Below, in pieces: positions 1 through 12,120 of a stretch of DNA of 64,000 nt. How positions within the stretch are numbered: position 1 is the stretch's first letter; every line of letters begins with the position of its first letter. Under the pieces are notes generated by a model. It worked only from the letters and a program-made list of their open reading frames with translations. It had not been told where the DNA came from and searched no databases. The DNA is from Phoronis australis (lineage: Eukaryota > Animalia > Phoronida): positions 1,396,761 through 1,460,760 of the forward strand of contig NMRA01000009.1 of the NCBI GenBank assembly GCA_002633005.1, read 5' to 3'. The translations under genes were made by a program, and so were the position numbers.

Positions 1-184
1 TATTCATCACCCAACTCAGATATCCAGTATAATTAGGAATACCTGAGCAGAAATATGTATCTGGTGTTTAGTGAACCCTATGCTGTTGCCCAGTATCTCT
101 GTAAATACCAGAACAACGCACATGTTGTTTATTTTTTTATGGAGAACTGTATTATACATATTGCTTTTCTACTCGCATGGTTAG

Positions 185-299
185 GAACTCCGAATACGAT
201 TCATATGGATTTCAAAGAGCACCTAGAGAAGACATTGAACTTGTTGCTATGGCTACAAATCTGCAGAAAAGATCAGATGAGATTACTACTAAAGTTCAG
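185..299 (+). CDS. TBC1D2B: TBC1D2-like coding exon (NSEYDSYGFQRAPRED...TTKVQ)
   Basis: ttag| acceptor and CAG|gtaagg donor; carries the YDxYGF motif that precedes TBC domains. Confidence 0.88.
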
Positions 300-3200
300 G
301 TAAGGTTTGAAGTAGAGTTTTGAAATTAGATTGCAGTGTGGGGTGAGTGACATCTCGAAGAGAATCTTTTTCTGTCATGTCTGTTATGATAAACCTATCT
401 CAAATAATGGGAAGCACTTTTGAGTCGAGTCAAACAACCACGTTAGGTGTTACATATGATTTCCCAAACACTGTCCATAAGTATCAAGTACTGGTTGGGA
501 TTACAATAGCCACGTAATAACAGTGCCTGGACTTTGATGACTGCCTTCTTTTGTTTTGGTATTAGGGAACACAGATATGGCTGTCAGTGATAAGCACTGT
601 CTGTTTGTGGCAACATTCGGTTGCGACTATTTCAGACACTGTAGACTATAAAAACTAAATCCGTCATTGAAAACTCGACTTTTTTAAATGCCAATCATTG
701 GTTCTTACAAAGGGAAATGGAAATAATTGGCATTGCAACTGCTGTTCCTTTGTTTGATATGTCCCAACCTATATTGTGTAACCTGCCTGAACAACACAAT
801 GGAGCAACTAGATTTGTGGACATCACTACAAAGTATTTTACTTATCTGATTTCTTTTTAATACCTTCAAAGAATGCACAGGAATTTGAATGGGAGAGTGT
901 TCAGGAAAGAATGTTCTAAAGACATATACATATACACGTATAATACATATTCACATATATATATATGAACATATTTTTGGAAGTACATATATATATATGA
1001 ACATATTTTTGGAAGTAGTAGCTGGCATGGAAGCTGTTAACAATGTGAAGTGTCTGAATGAGAGCCTGTCTAGAATAGACAGGATTGTGAGACTTGCCGT
1101 AGGGTTGGAGCGCAATGCTAATGTATTGTGAGATGGGTGTTATTTAGATTTTCTGTGACAATGTATTATGATGTCTGAGTTAGTGGTTATAGATGCCAGG
1201 CAATAATAAGTCACTCCTTCTCCACAGGAAGCCAATTTGTTTGAGTCAGCGCAGGTCAGATGGGAGAACTATTTGAGAGTTGGTGGTCGAGAGATGCATC
1301 GGTCTCCAGAACTGAAGAACCTAATGAGAATGGGTGTTCCACATGAATTCAAGGAAGAAGTTTGGAAAATGTATGTTTTATACTATTAACTAATACCTGT
1401 TTTTAGGCTCCGGGATCTTTATCCAAAATAATCAGTTTTAAAAAAAATAATTTGCTCAAGTGGTTCTCACGTAGGTGCTTGATGTTTACTTATAGGCACG
1501 GAGAGGCTTTTATGTCAAAGTTTTTTTGTGTGTTCATTTTTATACCCCCACATATTGATATGTGGGCGCATTATGCCATCATCCTTGTCCGTCCAGTGTT
1601 CGCTACCGTATCTCCAAGACCCTTGGATGTATGTTCATGAAATTTAACAGATAGGGTGGGACAGCATGAGTTACTTTACAAGTTTTTATGAAATTTAGCA
1701 AATAGGTGTCTGCAAAGGAGACCATGCCGTCTTCTTGTTTTCAGATGCATTTTATGTATTCCGCGTACTTTAAGAATGATTATGATAATTGTTGTATGTG
1801 CTCCTAGTAGGAAGAGGAGCACTGACGTTGATTTTCGTGTGGCTCTGACTACTGCGCCCCCTGTGGCAGTTATGTTTTATTTGGGGATTAAATTCTGTGG
1901 CTATATCTTATGAACCCCGTGAAGGAACTGTGTTGAATTTGCCAAGTGTATTTCTATGAAGGTGACACCAAATGGTAACGCCTTTCGGATGGTTCCAACT
2001 TCCACTGTGTCCCTAGTGACAATTTTATTTTTTGTGTTTTTTCTGTATCTTTGGCATTCCTTGTTGGATTTTTATGAAATTTGGTGAATAGGTTTCTATC
2101 AAAGAGACAATGACACCTTCCCATTTTGATGGATTTTCTTGAAGTTTTGCAAATATGTTTCTGTTGGGAAGATAACGAAGCCTTATCATTTGCTGACAAG
2201 TTTGATGTACTCTGTGTCATGATAGTGGCCATTTTTATGTTACTAGTAAAGACCCCTAGCTTGAAGAATTTCATTTGCGGTGCAGTTGAGGATGAAGTTG
2301 ATCACTTAAGAGTTACTGTTGTTCAGTTTTGCTTTTTACATTTTTAACAATTTTTTAAGGTGTCTGTCATTTTGGGTGGGTACGAAGAGGCAACAGATGG
2401 GTCCAGACTATTACTCTAGGCTTCTTGCATCAAAACAGGGGACCCAAAGAATCAACCCGGTCGCCAAACAGGTTTGCATTGTAGTTATTGTCCTAAATTA
2501 TCTGTCGGAACATCTATTGATAACAATTATAATAATTGTCTCCAAAGTATCGTCGTGTTTCATGAAATAACTTTACTAACTGTCCTTCATAATATTTGTT
2601 GTATTCTCTACGAATGCACAATCTGAGTCTATGGGTTAATATTCCACACTCGTTTTGAGTTAAATGACAACTAGTTTTGTTAAAAAGTGTCTCTTAAAAT
2701 AAATGAGAAGGATGCTAATTGAAACAATATGTTGTTACTGTATTTTTGAAAAAAAAATCTGTGAGGGTTGACAGTTTCCTTAAGGAGGTGGTTAATAAAG
2801 TTTAAGTGTAAAATTGTGTTTAACTGTTAGCACAATATGGCTGAAAATCACTACATCAATCTGGCCACGGAGCCTCTTTGTGGACATAACCTATGAAGTG
2901 AGCAGTTCAGAAACTGTTAATAGTTAATCGAAATTAAACCTTGTGAATGTCTGTGCGATGTCTGGCTGGTAAGAGGTGCTCATTTCAGGTTCTGTCATTG
3001 TGGATACTTCCTTAAAAATGCTGTGAAATGTACTGCACCTGTTCTCAAAATTGATGAAAATTATATATTTTAGCTTCATTCCGATTTTTTCCTTTGTAAA
3101 TACTAACTTTAGAGCTCATTTGTGAGAAGTTGCAATAGTTGTGCGTAGACGCGGTGTTTTTTCAATTTCAGATTGAACTGGACCTTCTTCGGACCTTACC

Positions 3201-6200
3201 TACCAACAAGCATTATATGAATCTTGATGCAGATGGTATTCCTAAACTGCGCAGGGTTCTCTTGGCATTTAGTCGCCACAACCTTGCAATACAGTACTGT
3301 CAGGTGGGTCCTATTGGGAAGAAAAACACTATCATCTTCAGCTACTTAATTTTTGTATTCGTCTGGCTTAATGCCCATTTTCTGCTCTGACTTCTAATTA
3401 ATAAAGTTTGCAACAATAAGGCATTTGGTTTAAACTTTAGACTAAGAGTCTTGGGTAGTTTGATTTAAGCCTCCATAAATCCAAGTGAACACCTATAGTT
3501 AATCATTTGTTAAACCACTTAAAGGTCACTATGATCTGATTTCACTGCGGACTGAGGTTAGTGTCATTCTAACGGATGGCAGGCAGGCGTGCTTGACCAT
3601 TGCACTTAAACAATAGGGTTTCGCTGAAAGATGCGTGATTTATCGAAGAATTAATGAATTGTAGCTAAGTGTGCAAAACATGCTTTTACTGAAACAATAC
3701 CATGTTTCAATTGACTTTTACATCATTATCATGCTCATTGTTTAGACAATATGTAGATGGCTCATTTGATTGTTAATTCCTGTGCTCGTTTTTCTCTTGG
3801 TCAATCAGAACCACAAAGTAATCACGGCTTTGTTTAAGCTTGCTTGAATATTTTTCTGCTCCTGCTAACTGAAGTCAACATTAAAATATCCTGCTTTGTT
3901 GTGTCGACTCCATATGACTTTGGTTTCCCCTTTTGTCAGGCATTATGATGCGCATATTTATGACATACCATGCTTCAAAGGGTTATTTCATCCTGTGTTT
4001 TCTTTGTCATGAAGTCATTGATAAGGTGGTAATTGCTGTGCACAAAAGGAACATAGATCAATGTGCGTGATATGGAGAATTAACGATGCCAGCAGTTCTT
4101 GTACAAATCTATTGACAAAGTACAAGTTGCCCTGAAACAGGTCCACTACTCTACTAAGTTAGCAAAAATGTCCTTAGTTAATATTTAGAAAGGTTTATTT
4201 AATATGTCTAATCATATTTGCAGGGAATGAACAGACTTGCAGCTTTGGCGTTGCTGTTTCTTTCAGAAGAGGATGCCTTTTGGTGTTTGGTAACAATAAC
4301 AGAACACATCCTTCCTCCTGATTATTACAGCACCACTCTGTCAGCTGCACAAGCAGACCAGGTATCGTTATGGGAGTCAATGCTTCACAACACTGTCTCA
4401 TTTTCAGTTTATCCATGTCACATGATAACAACATTTATCGTAATCTATTTTGCCCTGGGTATGTTGCAGAGTAAAACAAGAGGAGGATTGGGAATATTGT
4501 CATTTATTATGACGTAATAGATAAAACTAACTAAGACTCTGCAAGATGGGCATGCACAAAACGCCCACCAGCGTGTACAATGAATAGCCCTGCAAGAGGG
4601 AACAAAACAAAAGAACTGCCTGAAGGGCTTAAAGGAAAAGTACAGAACATGAACACAAAACTTGAAAAAACCTAACAGGAAATGTATACGAGCAAAGAGA
4701 AAGTGGAACCGCCACCCGGGATGGGGGGTGGGGAAAAAATGAAGAGAACGAACGTAGGTCTTGTAGACGACGAGGTAGGTGGCTGAATGAGAGACCACGT
4801 TGAACAGAACAAAGGAAATATGGGCGACCAATCAGGAGTCGCGTAGAGAAACGTATGAATACAAAAGTAGGCCCTAGAGGCTATAAATAGAGATGAGTAG
4901 TGCAAAATAAACCCTAAGGACTGGTCTCAAAATAAAGAGACAAGTGTCAAAATAATGACGATAAATGCATTTAACAAGTTAAATTTAATTTATCGTAATC
5001 TATTTTGCCCGGGGTACGCCTCGAGCAATGTTGCAGAGTAAAACAAGAGGAGGATTGGGAATATTGTCATTTATTATGACGTAATAGATAAAACTAACTA
5101 AGACTGCAAGATGGGCACGCACAAAACGCCATAATGGCAGCACGGGAATGCTGACATCGCCCATCCGAGGAAGCGAAACCTGGGCAATAACAAGGTTAGA
5201 CTATGATAAAATATAGGTACTAAACAGGATAACAGCAAATTAGAATACATAAGGCTAGGTTCAGGTGGTCAAGTTTTACGACTTCAGTGATGGCTTTTAC
5301 TTATTTTCTACTTTGAATTTTGTTGATATACATAGCCTGGTGAGTGGTACACATCGCTGTTCTTCCTAGGGGCTCACTGCAAACAATATACTCACAGACA
5401 TAGAATGAGAATTGCATTAGATTGTTTGTGCCCTGTAGACCGTGTCTTTAGTTAGGTAGTGATAAATGAGGTTGCTGCTATGCAGAGTATTTGTCATTGC
5501 TCAGCAAATAACACTCAGTTTATTTATCTACTGATTATATTACTGTGATCAAACAATGGAAGACTTGATCACAGTTAATGTTACACCATTGGTCTGTTTC
5601 TCTTCAACTTGTTCTCCATTCGAAGTATTACGCAAAATAATGGCCCAATCCCAATCTCAGGTCATATGGACAGAGGGAGAGCAATGTTGCCCTCAACTGT
5701 TGACCTTGGGCAGCATTGGTCTCCTTGGGCTCATAAGACCTGACACACCTCTGTTTTTTCATCTCTTATTAGATTAGTTTTTCCTTGCCTAATTTGGTAT
5801 TCAGATGTCGTCTGCTGGCTTTGTTGTGAGGTTTTATGGTTTCTGCAGTGCCTGATTGGTCAGATTGTGAATAGTGATATCTGTCATTCAGACGGCACAA
5901 ATGAAAAGTAATATTCTATGGCCAGTGTGGTCAAATTGTACTATGTGGGAAGCTATAGTACCACTTTACAGCTAATCAGAGGACAAAAGAATCAGTGGTC
6001 GTGTAGTAATTTCAGTTACTGTAAATCTGTCACTGCTTGGACTTCCAGCGCGTTCTTAAAGAGTTGGTGGCTGAGAAGTTGCCTCGTCTTAGTAATCACT
6101 TGGATAACAACAGTCTTGACCTGTCGCTCTTCACCTTTAACTGGTTCTTGACGATATTTGTGGACAACATTCCACCTGAAACCATCATACGGATCTGGGA

Positions 6201-9135
6201 CGTATTCCTATATGAAGGATCAAAGGTGCTCATTGTAGTTTTATCAGATTTCTATCTTGTATCATGTGACTTTTTGATTTGTTTCTGAATCTCTTTCTAT
6301 AGTCTAATTAACTCCACTGTTTGAATTTTGCTGTACGTCATTTTGTTTATTCATCATTTACATTTATTAGAAGACACTTCATGGATAATTATTGCATATC
6401 ACTACTGAACAGTAAGGTAGAAAAATTAATAAATCTATTACTGGACTTACGGTTACATAGAGATGGCTACGTTATGTCCTCTCGAGGACTTCATCAGGCC
6501 ACTGAGGTGTCACGTGACTCATCAGGCCACTGAGGTGTCATGTCAGTGACTCATCAGGCCACTGAGGTGTCATGTCAGTGACTCATCAGGCCACTGAGGT
6601 GTCATGTGACTTGTCATGATGAAGTCTTCGAGATTAGGATGTTACGTAGCCATCTCTATGTAACCGTAAGTCCAGTAATAGATTTATTAGTTTTTCTACC
6701 TTATTACTCAACTGGATGACTGAAAACATTCATCGTATTACTACTGAACAGTAAGTATTCATCTAACTGACTGTAAACCTACCTTCCATCAATTTGATGA
6801 AAAGAAGTGATGACATTGGTCTCATCTTGTTCCTTAGATGATTTTTGGACTTTGAACAATCGACAGTTGTGATATTGCTTGAGTCTAGGTTCAACTAGTG
6901 GGCTTGCCATGCTGGGAAAAGCTGATTAAATGTAAATATACGGTACTATTTATATTGACTATAAATACAAAATGTTTTGAATAATATGGTTTTTAGTTCT
7001 TCGTCAATATTAGTGTCACCAACCACTTTTTAAGATACAATGAGTAAAATAATACATGGTGCCTATGAGGGATGTGGTGTATATAGTATTACAATGATGT
7101 TGAGAGCGGTGTTTCTAATGGGTGGGTCAAATGAGTGGGTCAAACGGTGCGGGTAATCACGAGAACAGCATTATGCAAATGCCCGGTCAAGTTGTGTCTG
7201 AAGTCATCATGACTGTCTACGCCCTTCAGTCCGTCGGGTAAACCATTCAACTTTTCGATGGACAAAATGAAAAATGACTTGGAATGTAATTTGTTTTGAA
7301 TGACTACAAGATTTTCTCTGATAATGAGCTAATCTTATGTTCATTACGAGCAAGTTTTACATTGAGACAGATAGAATAATGCTATTTTTGTTGGAAGCAT
7401 TGGTGTAACATACATAAATGTCTGTAAACAAAATATTTTGTTAAATTAGAAGACATTGTATTAGGTTCTCTGTGTGCAATATCAGATTCAGTCATATACA
7501 CCAGTGTTGTATTGACCCTGGCAATCAACTTGTAGGTATGTAAATGTTCGACTCATCATCCTTTTGAGCCAATGTTACATTATGTTGTAGGTGCTGTTTC
7601 GTTATGCAATAGCCTTCTTGAAGTACAAAGAGGATGAGTTGTTACAGCAACCGGACGCTATGGCCTTGAACAAGTGTATGAGAGATGTTGGAGAGAGAAT
7701 GACAGATGTACACAGGCTGTCTCAGGTAACTATGAACTTACCGTCATGACACGATCCACCATTCATGACTTTGCATGCTATATTTAGTATTTACCATAGA
7801 TGACTGAGATAGCAAATTTTAGCACAAATCAAGTCAATCTATTATGTGAAAAGGCGGTGCTATAACCACGTGATTTTCTCTTCTCCAGGACTAAAGTAAA
7901 AGATGTATAACATTTGAACCTTTTCATACCTCTGCATTGCACCTTTTTATTGCCCATCATACCAGAGATTATTATTTTTTACATTTCATATTTATTTTCA
8001 TCCTTATTCACTGTATTTGTATTCTGTCATAAATGACCTAATTTCATCAACCTCGGTCTGCTTTTCATCTCTGGTAACGAGCTTGTGACACATATTTTTT
8101 ATCTTTGGTACATATTTCGATCTTGAAAGATGCTAGTCATAGAAATGAACACGTTTGTGGTTTGTGCTATTCAAATTGCAAGTATCATATTGATAGTTTA
8201 CGATGGACTGTAGGTGATATGTTCTTTGTACTAAGCCAATCACTGAATTTATACTCATTCACAGTGTGTTTACAAGGTTACAGAAAATCTGGACTTGTGT
8301 TTTCACTCTCAAGTTACTGTCAACACCGAGTGGCATAGTGAGCATGTGAAATCCTGCAGTAAAGTGTTCGGTCTCAGTTTCTACATAGAGATGAACTCGT
8401 GGTTATTTCTAATGAGGAGTGTTACACATAGTTAAAGAGAGCTTACATGACTTCCCCACATTGGAATAATTCTTCCCACAGTATTTGAATCGACTGTTGC
8501 TTCAGTTTGCTCTGCTAGCTTTGAATTAATTTCAAACTGGTGAATATTTTGGTTGAAGGAGTGTGCTTCTTGAACCAGATCTCCCCAGGTCTATCTTTCT
8601 GTGTAAATACACCGTGCTGTGTCTTATTGTTGGTGAAATAAAAGAAGCCATTTTTACAGATCGCGTTCCACGAACTCAACCCATTTCCAATGAAGAGTAT
8701 TCAGACCAAGCGCGTGTTTCACTGGTTGCAAGTCAAGGTAACGGTCTATTCATCAGGTGGTCAATGAGAGTATATATGACCAATAAAAGTGGAGGGTGGC
8801 ATTAGAATTATCTGGAATCTGTTTCATGAAAGTGACTTAAGTCTTAAGACAGACATTTGGTCTTTTAAAGCTCATACTTCACAGTTGCTGAATAAAGGTT
8901 TAGCCAAGTAATTATAAGAGCAACACAGTCTAAAATAATTTATTGCCAGTTTGCTTGGGAACTGCACATGTGAACTGCACATGTGAACTGCACATGTGAA
9001 CTGCACATGTATTTGATGATCTGTGGCATGTGCTTTCAGAAAGAGTTGGAGGAATTAGACGTAATTCGTCAGGAGTTCATCGAAAGTCACCCTCGTACTG
9101 ATGGAGACGACTACATAGGCAGTGATGACGACTAG
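185..9135 (+). CDS. TBC1D2B: TBC1 domain family member 2/2B-like Rab GTPase-activating protein, 3' part (9 coding exons; 5' exons lie upstream of the window)
   Basis: Exons 185-299, 1228-1370, 2360-2471, 3172-3303, 4224-4361, 6049-6225, 7591-7725, 8660-8737 and 9040-9135 all have AG/GT boundaries and splice in frame (1126 nt). The product reads SEYDSYGF...VRWENYL...SPELKNLMRMGVPHE...NPVAKQIELDLLRTLP...YCQGMNRL...EEDAFWCL...DQRVLKELVAEKLPRL...FTFNWFL...IWDVFLYEGSKVLFRYA...LNPFPMK...ELEELDVIRQEF...SDDD*, colinear with the vertebrate TBC1D2B C-terminus as I recall it. It may be the single co-orthologue of TBC1D2 and TBC1D2B. Confidence 0.93.
954..1017. repeat. Tandem duplication of about 32 bp
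   Basis: catatatatatatgaacatatttttggaagta occurs twice, head to tail. Confidence 0.85.
1228..1370 (+). CDS. TBC1D2B: TBC1D2-like coding exon (EANLFESAQVRWENYL...EEVWK)
   Basis: ctccttctccacag| acceptor and AT|gtatgt donor; SPELKNLMRMGVP motif. Confidence 0.92.
1538..2323 (+). mobile_element. Degenerate non-autonomous Helentron/DINE-1-like element in a TBC intron
   Basis: 5' hairpin ccccacat-attgat-atgtgggcgcat, then gtccgtcc, repeated atgaaattt units and a 3' end (tgcggtgcagtt...gttactgttgtt), all homologous to the 36498-37648 copy. Confidence 0.75.
2360..2471 (+). CDS. TBC1D2B: TBC1D2-like coding exon (CLSFWVG...NPVAKQ)
   Basis: ttttttaag| acceptor and CAG|gtttgc donor; phase matches the previous exon (AT+G = Met). 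Confidence 0.88.
3172..3303 (+). CDS. TBC1D2B: TBC domain exon with Arg finger IELDLLR and Gln finger YCQ
   Basis: tttcag| acceptor and CAG|gtgggt donor; catalytic IxxDxxR and YxQ motifs. Confidence 0.96.
4224..4361 (+). CDS. TBC1D2B: TBC domain exon (GMNRLAAL...EEDAFWCL...QADQ)
   Basis: ttgcag| acceptor and CAG|gtatcg donor. Confidence 0.96.
4416..5200 (+). mobile_element. LTR-like element followed by a partial second copy
   Basis: Starts TGTCA; CCAAT at about 4828, TATAAA at about 4882, AATAAA at about 4906 and 4931; ends ...gagaCA at about 4942. A 135-bp segment (4433-4566) is repeated at 4988-5130. No TSD found. Confidence 0.5.
6049..6225 (+). CDS. TBC1D2B: TBC domain exon (RVLKEL...FNWFL...IWDVFLYEGSK)
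   Basis: ttccag| acceptor and AAG|gtgctc donor. Confidence 0.96.
6413..6703. mobile_element. Foldback MITE with about 83-bp TIRs and an internal 28-32 bp minisatellite (4 copies)
   Basis: taaggtagaaaaattaataaatctattactggacttacggttacatagagatggctacgt... is mirrored at about 6618-6703; the centre is tcatcaggccactgaggtgtca(tgtca)gtgac x4. Confidence 0.88.
7591..7725 (+). CDS. TBC1D2B: TBC1D2-like exon (VLFRYAIAFLKYKEDELL...RLSQ)
   Basis: ttgtag| acceptor and CAG|gtaact donor; not present in the ORF track. Confidence 0.93.
8660..8737 (+). CDS. TBC1D2B: TBC1D2-like exon (IAFHELNPFPMKSIQTKRVFHWLQVK)
   Basis: tttttacag| acceptor and AAG|gtaacg donor; LNPFP motif. Confidence 0.92.
8959..9010. repeat. 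13-bp tandem repeat (gaactgcacatgt) x4
   Basis: Four perfect copies ending 30 nt before the last acceptor. Confidence 0.95.
9040..9135 (+). CDS. TBC1D2B: TBC1D2-like terminal coding exon (KELEELDVIRQEF...SDDD*)
   Basis: ctttcag| acceptor, TAG at 9133-9135, acidic tail. Confidence 0.92.
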   Translation, partial: KELEELDVIRQEFIESHPRTDGDDYIGSDDD

Positions 9136-11030
9136 GATGGATGATGAATTAATGAAGGAAGACTTGTTTTGAATTTGGCTTGAACTGAATGAATTCTTGG
9201 CTATCCAAAGCCCATTGGGGGTTATTAAACCATTATCTTCTTAGCATGGACCATAAACTCTTTGTTAAGCTATTTTTACTTGGGCAGGCGAACAGGGACT
9301 GTTGGATGACTAATAGCAGGTTTCACAAAGAACTACTTTCACTGACCTTGCATGTAATTTTGAAAGGTCTTTTATGTGTGAATGACATGGATGATTTATA
9401 ACCATCAACAAAATTCTAAGTCCATACACAGACTTGTTACCCTCTCCAAGCCCATAATGTCTACCGAAGCAATGAGCATGCTTTATGTTTTTGTCGTTTT
9501 GGTAAAATCTCATCAAATCCTGACAAAAATAATTGCCAAAAATGTCCCTTTTCCTTTTCTTCAAGGGCTTCTAACATTGGTGTAAAATCCTGCAATTTTT
9601 CAAAATTTTGTCTGATAGTAGGTGTGTTACAAAACTTGAACATGGAAAAGCATTTAATTTGGTGCTACATGTCTTTCTTGGAAAAAATGATACTGTGTCC
9701 AGGCTTAATTGGTGAAATTTTACTGTATGAAGTTTACAACAAATGCTGGTGCTTGGCTGCTTGGCAGTATTGTACAGAATTCTATGTCTTCCTTGCCATT
9801 ACTCAGATATTATCATGTGGCGCCATTTCCTCTGATAACTCGTGTATGAACTGCTGTCAGTGGTATATTTTACAAGACAATCCTCACAGCTATGGAATTT
9901 AGCGACAGACAACAAAACTAGTTTTTGTTGTCTCTTTTAATACTCTACCATGTTTTACAATTATTAACATCTTTTTGATCAGAGTAGTTTGGCAGCACTC
10001 ATGTAAGCAGAATTTCTAATATTGTCTATTTATTAGTTTAAGTTGATGTAAGACCATAGAAAAATGTCCAGAATTGGCTACCTTGGAAACCTTATATCTC
10101 ACAAATGGTGGGTCAAACTTCAGATACCATGCTTTATGGTCTGTTCTTCCAAAAGCTATTATGTAGGAATTGTTTTTAAAATGTTCCACCTTTGCTTGAG
10201 GGACTTTTATGATTTTGATGAAAGAACTCAAAAGTTAAAGGAAATGATATTTTAGAAATCTGAGATTTCCTCTAGAACATTTATATCGAACAAAATTTTA
10301 TCATTTATTGATTTGCCATGAATGTGTCTTTCTTTTTTGCTAAGTTTTATAATAAAGATGTGGTCACTTGGCTCAATTAATGATAAATTGATAAAAAATC
10401 AAAAAATAAATTCTGCAGGCATTCTACTTTCAGAAAATGTATACCTGTACTGAATTAAAGTCCATAATTTTGTACATAATTGATTAAATACACCGACTTG
10501 TTGATAAGGCCGCCTCTATGTAACCTTAACTAGTCATTTCTCTAAAATGGTGTACTTACATAATATGTGCAACAACAGTTGATGCACTATACCATGGATA
10601 ACAGTTTAAAGTTGAATTTTACCTTGTAAAGTTGGTTAAAAAACGCAAGTCAAATTAGGCCTTTATTTTAATGAAATTGGTCTCATAGCATTCCGTAGTG
10701 TGATAGGATTCCACTTCCATTACCAACTCAAGTCCCTAGTTAACTGAAGCATCACTGATGGTTTGATATCCTTGTTGGTAACAGAAATAGAATCCTTTCG
10801 AAAGCCAACTCCAGTTTAAGTTTTAGCTAAATAGTGTGAAGTGCAGCTTTAAGTGTTTAAGGAGATACTTAATGTTCACAAGCTATTTTAATGTAGAATT
10901 ACATTATGTTGAAAAGGTGATATTTTATTTTGCTAATAAAAATAAGCTGGTAGAAAATTACTCCATCACTGTAATCTGTGCTGTGCTGATATGTATTAAC
11001 TGAATAAAACGTCAAGCATGCAGTAAGCTT
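9136..11030 (+). other. Probable 3' UTR with candidate poly(A) signals
   Basis: AT-rich sequence after the stop codon; AATAAA at 10351, 10935 and 11003. The true 3' end cannot be determined. Confidence 0.5.
10042..10525 (+). mobile_element. Non-autonomous TTAA-flanked DNA transposon (Kolobok-like), family K
   Basis: Shares the aaaatgtccaXattggctaXcttgga...aaacttcagatac core with copies at 28330, 49187 and 63653; ends ...taacc|ttaa like the copy ending at 34123. Confidence 0.7.
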
Positions 11031-11667
11031 TTGGAAAACTGGAACAGTTTGGGCATTGTTTTATGGAATTTGAAGAATTTTATGGTGGTATTCAATAATT
11101 AGTGGGGATAATTGTTGCAGCTATAAACCTGCATCCCATCCAAGCAAACTTGATTTCTAAACCACTTACCGCTTTAGGTCTCATCCTGCTCCTTACTTTG
11201 ATGAAAAGTGATTTCTGATTTTGCTAAGAACTGACTTTGTTATTCCTTGACATCATGCTCAGTGCATAAAATGATTGCTGTGACAAACCAACTTGTATAG
11301 CCTTATATCAAGAATTGCCAGTTCTCACGAAATTGCTGCCAATTGGACTAAGAAGCAATTCGAGACCAATTTACTACAGAACATGGTTCTAAATTGAAAA
11401 TGGTTTTTTGTTTTGTTATAGAAGGCACTGGGTTTATTCTGAAATTGTAACTCACTGGCTACATAAATTGTCGTTGACCTGTTCATGGTATATCTCCGCC
11501 GGTGCATACTGTGATAGAGCGCATCAGTACCAGAGCGAAGATGTATAGGAAATTACCTCTTCAAACTGGAAAACGTTATGTTCCCACTTTTCTCTTGCTT
11601 TCTCAGTTGATACTTACTGTGCAAAAGGATCACTCGTACACTTTACACCAAATCACACCTGCACACC

Positions 11668-11917
11668 GTCACACTTGTACAACGAACCACGCTTGTACAA
11701 CGAACCACACTTGCACAACGAACCACACTTGAGTATAACGAACCACACTTGTACAACGAACCACTCTTGCACAACGAACCACACTTGCACAACGAACCAC
11801 TCTTGCACAACGAACCCCACTTGCACAACGAACCACACTTGTACACGAACCACACTTGTACAACGAACCACACTTGTACAACGAACCACACTTGTACAAC
11901 GAACCACACTTGTACAC
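11668..11917. repeat. 18-bp minisatellite (cttgtacaacgaaccaca), about 14 copies
   Basis: Read directly; gives the 6-aa periodic ORFs in the track. Confidence 0.97.
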
Positions 11918-12120
11918 ACAATCTGATATATCATTGCATGGACATAACTGCATTTTTACTAAAATTTCGTCTGCTTAGACCAATGGTTGTTTTAACATAC
12001 CTTTGTGACATTCTCTAAAAACAAGTCCTGAAAACAATTCAACGTTGCCTCGTGCATGATGAAGCCGGTAATTTCATTGCCATTTTGTAGTGAGCAATGC
12101 TTCTCTACGTCTGCCATAGT

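Noticed and set aside
5125-5195. HDV-like ribozyme fold on the - strand (attgccca/tgggcgat helix around ttcctcg)
   Set aside because: P2, P3/L3 and J4/2 could not be built with correct lengths; only a simple hairpin is supported.
6490-6612. CRISPR-like array or hammerhead ribozyme (CTGATGA repeated on the - strand)
   Set aside because: There are no unique spacers or cas genes and the DNA is eukaryotic; no GAAA core follows stem II.
11643-12018. Overlapping repetitive ORFs (YNEPHL, TTNHTC, VVQVWF, CGSLYK)
   Set aside because: They are translations of an 18-bp minisatellite, with no splice or gene context.
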